Below are positions 8,758-17,226 of a stretch of DNA of 64,000 nucleotides, piece after piece. Position 1 is the stretch's first letter, and the number at the start of each line of letters is the position of its first letter. Source of the DNA: Candidatus Rifleibacteriota bacterium. GTDB taxonomy: Bacteria; Muiribacteriota; Ozemobacteria; Ozemobacterales; Ozemobacteraceae. The position numbers were made by a program, and so were the translations under genes. Below the pieces are notes generated by a model, which searched no databases, had not been told where the DNA came from, and saw nothing but the letters and a program-made list of their open reading frames with translations. The stretch spans positions 11,604 to 75,603 of the forward strand of contig JAFPZP010000062.1 of assembly GCA_017417215.1 (NCBI GenBank), given 5' to 3'.

Positions 8758-10911
8758 TTGTTCATCTGTATAGGAATACTTTTTATAATTTCAAGCTGGT
8801 TCTTCTTTAAAACAACTTATCGGGCATTTGTTTATCAGCCAGACAAAGGTTTAAACTTAAGATCAAGAATAATATGGTTATTCTCCATATGTTATATACT
8901 GCCTATTATAGTAGGTGAAATTCTTGCTTCACAATATCTTATTGAACTCAAAAGCTATTTATTAGCCAATGAAGCTCAAAAGAATTATAAACGTTTATCA
9001 GAAATAGATTCTGGATTTTCAAGATATGTAACGTCAAAATTAATTGAATATAGAAACATAAATAAAGACCTAACAGCAAACGTTGAAAACAAAGATTATA
9101 TCATAGATAAATTAAAACAGATGTGTTATGACTCTGTTATAGATAGTGCACATTTGATTTCATCTGATTCAACCCTATTATTAACTTCAACTTTAGTTTC
9201 TTCAGAAGTAAGACGTTACAAAGATAAATCTCCCAAAGAAAAGCAAGAAATTTATGAAAGCTGGTTTAACCGCGGGGCTATATTGACTCAAATTCATAGA
9301 AACTATCTATATAATAATGAAAATGCAATTTACTTCCCGGATGATAGCCAAAAAACAGAAGCCCATAAAGCTTTTACAAAAGTCTTTTCCAGTACATCAT
9401 CTTCGGCAATGGATTACTATAACCAATCCAATAATATTTCAACCCAAAGAGTAAAATCAAAATCCAGCTTAATTGTTGGTGCAGTATTAGAATCTCATTC
9501 CTTAGGTTTATTTAGATCTGCAAAAACCAATATTGGCAGATTTACTCAATTAGAAGCAATAAGAGAAAAATTACTCGCTTACTTAGATGTTATACCTGGT
9601 CCCTCAGGAGAAGCATGGTACAGCTATGTAACATTAACTAACCTAGACTGTCTTGAAAGAATGTACTTAGACGAAATATTCCATGATATAAAAATAAGAA
9701 ACAGCAGAATCAACAGAGTATTCTCTGATGAAGATATTAGAGCTATTTCCGCTCATCCTTTTGCCACATGTTTCCCAACGATAAACGAATATCAGATATT
9801 CGCTTCGACACTAAAACAAAGCGAAAATGACAGCAAAACCTTTACTCATGAAATGACTTTAAACGGAGAAAAATGCTATGTTAGCGTTCTAAGGGGCTCA
9901 TATTTAAGACAATATCTCCTTTTAAAGATTATAAGAGTAAAAGAAATTAATGAAATTTATAAAAAACAAGTAAATACAGTTATACTTATTTTCATTATCA
10001 TAATGGTAATGGGCTTAGCCTTGGCAAGAATCATGACTAAAACCATGATTATTCCTATATCTGATTCTATTAATGGAGTTAAAGCTTTTGGTAACAAAAA
10101 CTATGATTACAGAATCAAAGTTAGATCAAGCAACGAATTAGGAATAATATCTCAATCCTTTAACGAAACTGCTTCCAAGCTAGAAAAACTAGATATAAAT
10201 AAAGAAATTAATAAATACCTGAACTTTGATAAAGAACTTAGATGCGGAAGTTATTTCGTTCACACAGCAAATACCAATTTAAACCTTGTTCCCAGTGACA
10301 TGTTTGAATGTTTACCGTTAAAAGCAGGAACATATGCCTTATTATCTGCCACTGTGTCAGGTAATGATACAGAATCAGCTCATATTTTAGCTATGCTTAA
10401 AACAGCATTTATTACTCTAATGCCTTATTATACAAATAATCCAGAATTAATGATGGCAAAGCTGGATAAATTATTTGAACCATATAAAAAGAGCCAGCAT
10501 ATTATTAACTGTTTTATTGGATTATTAGACCCTACAAATGATGTTGTACTCTGTTCAAATGCTGGACAGCCTTATCCATTGTTATATGATACAAAGCGAA
10601 AAGCATCAGAAACAATTAACCTTCCATCAACATCTCTTGGTTTAGGTTCGAAATCTGATACATCCTACGGCAAACATGAAATATCTCTTAGAAATAAAAT
10701 AATGGTTCTCTATACTCATGGAGCAATAGATACAACAAACAACAATGGCGAAGAATTAGGAAAAGATAATCTGATTAAAATAGTAAATCAAAACCTTAAT
10801 AACGACGGGGTTAATTATTCTGAAGCTATACTAAAAGAAATCAATGACTATTCAGTTAATCTTCCCTGGAAAGAAGACATAACAATAATCACTATCAGAA
10901 ATAGGTTTTAA
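8758..10911 (+). CDS. C-terminal part of a membrane sensor with HAMP linker and SpoIIE/PP2C-like domain (frame open upstream to 8431)
   Basis: The ORF-track start is a TTG in the middle of a TM helix (WSLFICIGILFIISSWFF). HAMP-like segment IIPISDSINGVKAFGNKNYDYRIKVRSSNELGIISQSFNETASKLEKL. SpoIIE-like blocks SDMFECL, LLSATVSGND, NAGQPYPLLY, VLYTHGAID. Confidence 0.7.
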   Translation: MFICIGILFIISSWFFFKTTYRAFVYQPDKGLNLRSRIIWLFSICYILPIIVGEILASQYLIELKSYLLANEAQKNYKRLSEIDSGFSRYVTSKLIEYRNINKDLTANVENKDYIIDKLKQMCYDSVIDSAHLISSDSTLLLTSTLVSSEVRRYKDKSPKEKQEIYESWFNRGAILTQIHRNYLYNNENAIYFPDDSQKTEAHKAFTKVFSSTSSSAMDYYNQSNNISTQRVKSKSSLIVGAVLESHSLGLFRSAKTNIGRFTQLEAIREKLLAYLDVIPGPSGEAWYSYVTLTNLDCLERMYLDEIFHDIKIRNSRINRVFSDEDIRAISAHPFATCFPTINEYQIFASTLKQSENDSKTFTHEMTLNGEKCYVSVLRGSYLRQYLLLKIIRVKEINEIYKKQVNTVILIFIIIMVMGLALARIMTKTMIIPISDSINGVKAFGNKNYDYRIKVRSSNELGIISQSFNETASKLEKLDINKEINKYLNFDKELRCGSYFVHTANTNLNLVPSDMFECLPLKAGTYALLSATVSGNDTESAHILAMLKTAFITLMPYYTNNPELMMAKLDKLFEPYKKSQHIINCFIGLLDPTNDVVLCSNAGQPYPLLYDTKRKASETINLPSTSLGLGSKSDTSYGKHEISLRNKIMVLYTHGAIDTTNNNGEELGKDNLIKIVNQNLNNDGVNYSEAILKEINDYSVNLPWKEDITIITIRNRF

Positions 10912-10944
10912 AAAGCTATTATAATTCATCATCAAGATGAAATT

Positions 10945-13116
10945 CTATTTATTAAATCCGTTCAAATAAACAATAGCTTTTCTTGTCATTGATTTTTCAG
11001 TTTCGTTGGCTATGCGGTAGAATTCCCTCAGAGAATCAATATATACAGGATTTTTCTGGTAAGACATAGCTAATATTGCTTGTATTCGCACACTAGAAGA
11101 CTCATCATTCAAAAGAGCCTTCAATATCTTTTCTACCGGATCACCTTTCATTCTGGAAAGAACAAAGATTCCAGCTTCTTTTATTTTTATATCTGTAAAT
11201 GTTGGTAAATCTTTTAATGCCTGCATAATCTTAACAGCACCAAATTTACTTAATGCTGTTCGTGCAGCTTGAGCATATAAAGGTATTTCTGACCTTAAAA
11301 AAGGACAAAGCGGAATAACTGCGGCAGGTGACTTTGTTGCTTCAAGTCCTTGAATAGCTGCGAGAACAACTCTTTCGTCTTCATGATAGAGAAGGCTAGC
11401 CAAAGTATCTACAACAGCAGGATCACCGTAGTTTCCTATTTCTTTAGCAACAAATGCCAAACGCATAGGTTCTGGCTTAGTCATAATATACTCAATTAAA
11501 TGAGGTATATGAGCAGGATTCTTCATAGCAAAGAGTTCTCTAAGCTCAGAATCGGTAATCGCTAACATTTTCAGCTTTCCGACCAAATCATCTTTCAAAG
11601 CTTCTTCAGATAAGTCTATAGAAACATCACCGAGTCGGATATCTGTTACTCGATTATCAGCAGAAAAACCACCGCCATATACAGGGCCACCACCTCCAGT
11701 AGTTGGCGCCAAAGAACTTCCTAAAGAATCGCTTTTGCGTGCCATTAGTCCAATATGTCCCTGCATAGCTTTACGACTCAGATTTCCCCAAAGAATATCA
11801 AGTTGGGTATCTACAGGAGGCAAAGGCTTTTCTGTTGGTCTGACTATTGAACGAACTGCTTCTAAATCAGCCTTTCTTTGAGGTGATTCCTGATAAACAG
11901 GTTCAGAAACATTTTGGTTTGAAGAACTTTCAGAAACAATATAGGAGTTCCCATCTGCATCTTTTCTTACTCTAACTTTTTTGACTACACGAACAACCTT
12001 TTTGGGAGCAGGGGAAGTTGCTTGAGAAGTATTATCTGCTGTTTGAGTATTGGCAGCGGGAGCCGATACAGCTTCAGACGGTTGAGTTGTCTTAACTTCT
12101 GTTGTTTCTGTTTTGGCACTAACTGCATTTGAAGTTGCTGCCGGTGAAACATTTGGAGTAGGAGCAACAGTTTTATTCTCTTCAAGAGCCTTTTCAAGAG
12201 GATTCTGTATCTGTTCAGTATTTTTAGCAGGTTTTTGTTCAGAATTATCTCCTGAAGCAACTGCCTTAGTAGCAGCATCAGTTAGTTCTTTTCCTTCATC
12301 TAATAACTTCTGAAGGTCTAAATTAGGTTCACCATCTGTATTTTCAGTATTTTCAGCATTTGCAGCTTCTGCCTCAGCAGCTTTCTTCTTCTTTTTCTTT
12401 ATAACTATGATAACAATAGGAAGAGCAATAACTGCAACTACACCCAAACCAATATACAGCCCGAATCTCTTTAAAAAGCAGCTTGTATAAGCTGAAGAAG
12501 CACCAGGATAAGGTTTTTTAGCACTTTTTGCTATACCTAAACAATCCATAGCCTTTTTAAGATTAGGCTTCTTTTTATTCATCAATCCAAGACCTAAGGC
12601 ATAGTTACCAATCGAAGATTTTCTATCCTTATTGCATAGTCTCTGACCATATTTTTCTAAATCTGAATAATTAAGTTTCTTCTCTTTCAATAAAGTGTCT
12701 AATAATGTTTCTAGAAGTTCATTGCTATTATCTAAGGCTTCAGAGTTTTCTTCTTTTGTTAGACACTCGATAATACCTACACTGTTATTACCTATTTTTT
12801 TTACTTCTTCAACAAGCTTTTCAGTTTTTTTATTCAGAGCTTCAGCAGCTGCTGCTAATTCTTCTTCTGTTGGCTCATGCTCTTCTTCATCCTCGTCACC
12901 TTCCTCTTCGTCTTCGGAAGTTTCGTCAGAAGCAGGTTTCTTCTTTTCTTCAGCACCTTCTTCAGCTTCTTCATTATCAGAAACAACAAAATCTTCTACA
13001 GGTGGCTGGTCTGATTTAGCAGGTTTTGAAAAAGCAGTAGAAAAGATAGACGATACTAAAAATATCGTCAAAATAAAGACAAATATACGTCTAATCTTTC
13101 CTTCTATCCTACTCAT
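10945..13116 (-). CDS. Membrane protein with acidic N-terminal ectodomain, low-complexity linker and C-terminal HEAT (PBS-lyase-like) repeats
   Basis: 723 aa. N-terminal signal/TM, EDEEEGDEDEEEHE stretch, TM helix followed by KKKKKK, and a P/T/A-rich region. HEAT-like repeats: DPAVVDTLASLLYHEDERVVLAAIQGLE and DESSSVRIQAILAMS. Confidence 0.7.
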   Translation of the reverse strand: MSRIEGKIRRIFVFILTIFLVSSIFSTAFSKPAKSDQPPVEDFVVSDNEEAEEGAEEKKKPASDETSEDEEEGDEDEEEHEPTEEELAAAAEALNKKTEKLVEEVKKIGNNSVGIIECLTKEENSEALDNSNELLETLLDTLLKEKKLNYSDLEKYGQRLCNKDRKSSIGNYALGLGLMNKKKPNLKKAMDCLGIAKSAKKPYPGASSAYTSCFLKRFGLYIGLGVVAVIALPIVIIVIKKKKKKAAEAEAANAENTENTDGEPNLDLQKLLDEGKELTDAATKAVASGDNSEQKPAKNTEQIQNPLEKALEENKTVAPTPNVSPAATSNAVSAKTETTEVKTTQPSEAVSAPAANTQTADNTSQATSPAPKKVVRVVKKVRVRKDADGNSYIVSESSSNQNVSEPVYQESPQRKADLEAVRSIVRPTEKPLPPVDTQLDILWGNLSRKAMQGHIGLMARKSDSLGSSLAPTTGGGGPVYGGGFSADNRVTDIRLGDVSIDLSEEALKDDLVGKLKMLAITDSELRELFAMKNPAHIPHLIEYIMTKPEPMRLAFVAKEIGNYGDPAVVDTLASLLYHEDERVVLAAIQGLEATKSPAAVIPLCPFLRSEIPLYAQAARTALSKFGAVKIMQALKDLPTFTDIKIKEAGIFVLSRMKGDPVEKILKALLNDESSSVRIQAILAMSYQKNPVYIDSLREFYRIANETEKSMTRKAIVYLNGFNK

Positions 13117-13117
13117 C

Positions 13118-13468
13118 TTAATCTCTAAACTTTATTCTACATTTTCGCTTTCCATGAACAACTTCTGTAAGATACTCTATTCTATGTGACAAACACTTAT
13201 CTTCTATTGTAATTCTACAAGGAACACATTGTAAATGGGTTTCGCTTTTTGTTCCACGCCACGGATAGCGATCGGACATAAACTGATATTCAGTTTTTTC
13301 AGCCGCTTTTTTTTGTTCTTCCTTTTTCATTCGCGCTAATTCTCTCTCGTAATATTTCGGAGGCTCTTTAGCTGGCCCTTGTCTGCAACCAGTTAAAAAG
13401 CCTATGAAACATATTCCTAGAAAGAGAATAATGTATTTATAAGTCTTTGTATTCAAGTTATTTACCAT
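13118..13468 (-). CDS. Small Cys-containing lipoprotein, unknown function
   Basis: Lipobox FLTGC with Cys at residue 28. The stop lies 1 nt before the HEAT-protein start, suggesting co-transcription. Confidence 0.6.
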   Translation of the reverse strand: MVNNLNTKTYKYIILFLGICFIGFLTGCRQGPAKEPPKYYERELARMKKEEQKKAAEKTEYQFMSDRYPWRGTKSETHLQCVPCRITIEDKCLSHRIEYLTEVVHGKRKCRIKFRD

Positions 13469-13564
13469 ATATATAGAATTAGTGCAATCAGCCAGGCTAT
13501 CGGTAAAAATTATGTTTTTGTTAACGATAACGAAACTTTGCTTTTAATTCTATATATAAAGTAA

Positions 13565-14509
13565 CTATTGTTGCTCTCGAATACATTCAGGAATCTTAGG
13601 AGAGCCTCTATCTGTAATTTTTATTCCAGAATCGCATATAACTACTCTCGAATTAGCGGGAACAGATTCTGTTAACCAAACATTACCACCAATAACACTA
13701 TGTTCACCGATAACAGTTTCTCCACCGAGAATAGTTGCACCTGCATAAATAACGGTTGAATTACATATAGTAGGATGACGCTTAGAATTCCTGATAATTT
13801 TACCTTCCTTATCTTTCGGGAAATTCAATGCTCCTAATGTTACACCCTGATAAATTGTTACATTATCTCCAATTATTGTCGTTTCGCCTATAACTACTCC
13901 TGTACCGTGGTCGATAAAAAAACTCTGTCCAATGACGGCACCAGGATGAATATCTACTCCTGTTTTTGAATGTGCCCATTCAGACATAATTCTAGGTATA
14001 ATTCTCAAACCATTCTGATAAAAGAAATGAGCTATTCGATGTACACTTATTGCTTCTAATCCTGGATAACTGAATATTATTTCATCAAAGTTACCGGCAG
14101 CCGGATCATTTTTGAAAGCAGCTTCAACATCCATATCAAGCCAATCTCTTATTGATGGAATCGTTTCAAGGAAATTCAATACTAGTTCTTCTGCTGCTTC
14201 TTCACAAATGCTACAGTTCTTAGGATCCTTACGACAACCATGTATCATTTCTCTGTAAATCTGTGGTTTTAGAATTTCATAAATTCTTGCTACACGATAA
14301 CTGATACGCATTTCAATAGAATCAAAGGACATTCCTGACCTGCCAAAATAGCCAGGAAATAGCACTACGAAGATATCCTGAATTAGTTCATACAAAATTT
14401 CCTTGTCTGGAAGAGGACTACTGTCAAAATGCTGTATAGCTTTTTCGGACTGTGTTGTAACAGATTCCAAAATACTTTCAGCAACATTTTTCAGACGTTT
14501 TTTATTCAT
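13565..14509 (-). CDS. cysE: Serine O-acetyltransferase
   Basis: Hexapeptide-repeat left-handed helix region GAVIGQSFFIDHGTGVVIGETTIIGDNVTIYQGVTLG preceded by a SATase-type N-terminal domain. Start set at ATG 14509, which has AGGAGA 5 nt upstream. The ORF-track start at 14542 lacks an SD. Confidence 0.85.
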   Translation of the reverse strand: MNKKRLKNVAESILESVTTQSEKAIQHFDSSPLPDKEILYELIQDIFVVLFPGYFGRSGMSFDSIEMRISYRVARIYEILKPQIYREMIHGCRKDPKNCSICEEAAEELVLNFLETIPSIRDWLDMDVEAAFKNDPAAGNFDEIIFSYPGLEAISVHRIAHFFYQNGLRIIPRIMSEWAHSKTGVDIHPGAVIGQSFFIDHGTGVVIGETTIIGDNVTIYQGVTLGALNFPKDKEGKIIRNSKRHPTICNSTVIYAGATILGGETVIGEHSVIGGNVWLTESVPANSRVVICDSGIKITDRGSPKIPECIREQQ

Positions 14510-14653
14510 AGGATTCTCCTGAATCCGAATATATTTATACAAAAAAAAATATCAAGTTAAAATTATAGAATCCTCTATTTATACTTCTCCCAAAGCCTCT
14601 TCACAGCCAAAGCAAACGAAACCTTTTTTCATTCATTTTAGATAGTGTTAATT

Positions 14654-14730
14654 GCCTACACATTTGTCTTAATAAGTATAGCGTATGGGCTTTAGCCCTG
14701 AAAGCTATACATTTATGACAATGGGCAGGC
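14654..14730 (+). repeat. 77-nt long-hairpin intergenic repeat, copy 2
   Basis: gcctacacatttgtcttaataagtatagcgtatgggctttagccctgaaagctatacatttatgacaatgggcaggc. Same orientation as copy 1. Lies between the divergent cysE and the 14838 ORF. Confidence 0.8.
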
Positions 14731-14837
14731 TACAAACAAATAAATACTGATTAATAGGGGAAAAAGATTGCATTTGTCCTTTATATTTATTTGCTTTCTT
14801 TACAAACCATTATTTTAGGTTATAATATCTAAAGCTT

Positions 14838-15083
14838 TTGATAAAAATAAGGGTTATTAATACAATGTTAAATGAATTAGATAATCTGACTAAAATTACA
14901 CCTGCTCTAGAAAACCAAGATATTTTCATTTCAAAATATACTTCTTTAAACGAAGATGGAACTAGAGACTTATTTGAAGCACAGTTTTTCAGAGAAACTT
15001 GTCTGGCTACAGAAAAGCAAAACAGCACACTTCTAAGTGCTGCACTAGACAAATTGATTAAAGCAATAGCCCCAATAAAATAA
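14838..15083 (+). CDS. Small hypothetical protein translationally coupled to the downstream AAA+ ATPase
   Basis: The stop TAA overlaps the ATPase ATG (TAATG at 15081-15085). The internal ATG at 14865 (MLNELDNL...) is an alternative start. Family not recognised. Confidence 0.5.
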   Translation: MIKIRVINTMLNELDNLTKITPALENQDIFISKYTSLNEDGTRDLFEAQFFRETCLATEKQNSTLLSAALDKLIKAIAPIK

Positions 15084-16606
15084 TGACAGCAACCAATCAA
15101 GCTCCTACAATAAGACAAGCTTCAATCAAAGCAATTAAAGATGTTCTTTCCGGTGGTTATCCAGTAGTTGCTATTGAAACATGGGAAGAAGAATCCTCTT
15201 TATCTACTTTAACAGGCTTTTTTAACTCTGCTTTTAAAGGCAATGGCTCTTTTTATGTATGGGACCTTCAAAACGGTCTTTGCGAACCTTCATCAGGAAC
15301 AAGCGAACCTCTCTCAGCAGTTGAAGCATTAGAAAAAATACAGAGTTTAGACAAACCCGGTTTCTATATATTCAAAGACTTAGCTGAAATTCTTTCTGAT
15401 AATGAAATTCAAAGAAGAATAAAAAACGTTTATTCTGCATTCAGAGGTCGTAATAAGTTTCTAATCCTATTGGGTGCAAAATTCACTTTACCCTTAGAAC
15501 TAAATAAAGACATTACTTTAGTTGATTATAAACTGCCAGAAATAAACGAAATTAAATATCTGGTTGACGATTATTTTGCAGCTCTGAAAAAACGCGGAGT
15601 AGAAATCAATCTTAATGAAGATGAAATAGATCAGGTTTATACTTCCTTAAAAGGCTTTACTTCTGCTGAAATAAGGTTTTCACTCAATAAAGCCTGTATA
15701 GGTTTGAAATCATTAGATAATAAAATACTAGACAAACTTCACGATGAAAAAGAACAATTAGCTCGTAAAGACGGTGTTCTTGAATACGTCAGAGGTTCAG
15801 AAACAATTGAAGACGTAGGTGGCTTGGAAAATCTTAAAGAATGGCTTGTCAAACGTCGAAAACTCTTTACCCCAGAAGCTGCTGCCGCAGGACTAAGACC
15901 TCCTAGAGGTCTACTGATGATGGGTATTTCCGGTTGCGGTAAATCATTATCTGTTAAAGCAATTAGCGCTTTATGGAACCTCCCTTTGTTCAGACTAGAC
16001 ATGAATAAAGTATATTCAGGAGCTTATGGAACCCCTGAAGGAACCTTCTTCAGAGCAATTAAGAATATTGAAGCCGTTGCCCCTGCTATACTATGGATAG
16101 ACGAAATTGAAGGCGGTATCAGTAGCAGCACTGCAAAAGACGGTAGCACTGGTTCTCATATTTTTTCTGCATTTTTAACCTGGATGCAGGAAAAGTCTTC
16201 CGACGTTTTTGTAGCTGCAACAGCAAACCGTATAGACTTGCTTCCTGCAGAAATAATAAGAAAAGGTCGTTTCGACCAAGTTTTCTTTATTGACCTTCCT
16301 AACGACTCAGAAAGAGAACATATTTTCAAAGTTCATCTGCAAAAAAGAAAGAATGACCTTTCTAAATTTGATTTGCCTTTGTTAAGTGTAGCAACTGAGT
16401 TCTGGAATGGTGCAGAAATAGAATCTGCTGTTGAAGCAGCTATGATAGAAGCATTCAGCAGAAATGAAGAAATGAACCAAGACGACCTTTACACTATTAT
16501 TCGCAACACGGTTCCATTGTCTAGAACTATGGCTGAACAAATCAAGTTCATCAAAAACTGGGCAAGTGAAAGAGCTGTATCTGCTTCACTCAAAGACGGA
16601 AAATAA
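15083..16606 (+). CDS. AAA+ ATPase, Ycf46-like architecture (N-terminal domain plus a single AAA module)
   Basis: Walker A GISGCGKS, Walker B ILWIDEIE, GRFDQVFFIDLP second region of homology. The N-terminal YPVVAIETWEEE block resembles the conserved start of Ycf46-type ATPases. 507 aa. Confidence 0.8.
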   Translation: MTATNQAPTIRQASIKAIKDVLSGGYPVVAIETWEEESSLSTLTGFFNSAFKGNGSFYVWDLQNGLCEPSSGTSEPLSAVEALEKIQSLDKPGFYIFKDLAEILSDNEIQRRIKNVYSAFRGRNKFLILLGAKFTLPLELNKDITLVDYKLPEINEIKYLVDDYFAALKKRGVEINLNEDEIDQVYTSLKGFTSAEIRFSLNKACIGLKSLDNKILDKLHDEKEQLARKDGVLEYVRGSETIEDVGGLENLKEWLVKRRKLFTPEAAAAGLRPPRGLLMMGISGCGKSLSVKAISALWNLPLFRLDMNKVYSGAYGTPEGTFFRAIKNIEAVAPAILWIDEIEGGISSSTAKDGSTGSHIFSAFLTWMQEKSSDVFVAATANRIDLLPAEIIRKGRFDQVFFIDLPNDSEREHIFKVHLQKRKNDLSKFDLPLLSVATEFWNGAEIESAVEAAMIEAFSRNEEMNQDDLYTIIRNTVPLSRTMAEQIKFIKNWASERAVSASLKDGK

Positions 16607-16614
16607 AAACAGAC

Positions 16615-16650
16615 AAAAAAATACCCTTTTTTCAAAGGGTATTTTTTTTA
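16615..16650. terminator. Bidirectional intrinsic terminator between convergent genes
   Basis: aaaaaa-ATACCCTT-ttttca-AAGGGTAT-ttttttt. Confidence 0.7.
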
Positions 16651-16655
16651 TTTTC

Positions 16656-17150
16656 TTAATCTTGTATAACTTGGTTGGTTTTTAAATCAACTTTAGTCAT
16701 TGATTTTTTAGGAGCATCATTTTCTATAACAAAATGTTCAATCTTTAGAATCTTTTTACCATTTTCATTTTCTATAGAAATAGTTGGTTGAGCTAATGTG
16801 TCTTCCCATGCTGCTGTCCAGGTTTCACCATTTGCAACGAGCAATACGATATCGTAAAATCCACCAGAACCGCCACAATCCATAGAAACAACATAGCCTG
16901 TTCCTTCTACAGGTATTACCTGCTTTATGGTTCTGCCTTCAGAATCAAAGATTTCTGTCTTTTTACCATTTACTTCTATAAATAATTTATCAAAGCTTCC
17001 AAACATTTCTTTTATTTTAGTATGTTCTAATGTAACTCCATCAGTTATCATACTTGTCTGGGTTGTTTTTTCCTGTTCTTGAGCATATAAAGAAGCTGAA
17101 AAAGCAGTTAATATCAATAAAAACAAAAGTGATTTAATTATTCTAGTCAT
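16656..17150 (-). CDS. Secreted hypothetical protein
   Basis: Signal peptide MTRIIKSLLFLLILTAFSASLYA. 164 aa. Family not recognised. Confidence 0.6.
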   Translation of the reverse strand: MTRIIKSLLFLLILTAFSASLYAQEQEKTTQTSMITDGVTLEHTKIKEMFGSFDKLFIEVNGKKTEIFDSEGRTIKQVIPVEGTGYVVSMDCGGSGGFYDIVLLVANGETWTAAWEDTLAQPTISIENENGKKILKIEHFVIENDAPKKSMTKVDLKTNQVIQD

Positions 17151-17159
17151 TTATTCTAC

Positions 17160-17212
17160 CTTTAACAAAAATTTAATGGATATAAATAATATCAATTACT
17201 TATATCCATTAA
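17160..17212 (-). terminator. Hairpin plus T-run downstream of the LysM/SLT gene
   Basis: Perfect 13-bp inverted repeat ttaatggatataa / ttatatccattaa (17173-17185 / 17200-17212), followed on the minus strand by ATTTTTGTT. The stem is A+T-rich, so its strength is uncertain. Confidence 0.45.
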
Positions 17213-17226
17213 AAGTTAGCAATTAA

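Noticed and set aside
10912-10944. Terminator between the convergent genes 8758..10911 and 10945..13116
   Set aside because: Only a 6-bp A+T-rich stem (ttcatc/gatgaa) with no clear T-run. This is too weak to call.
12695-13189. 164-aa Ser-rich ORF antisense to the HEAT-repeat gene (also 12113..12313 and 11985..12278)
   Set aside because: It is the antisense or out-of-frame reading of a GAA/GAG-rich acidic coding region. It has no start context and crosses the real gene boundary at 13116.
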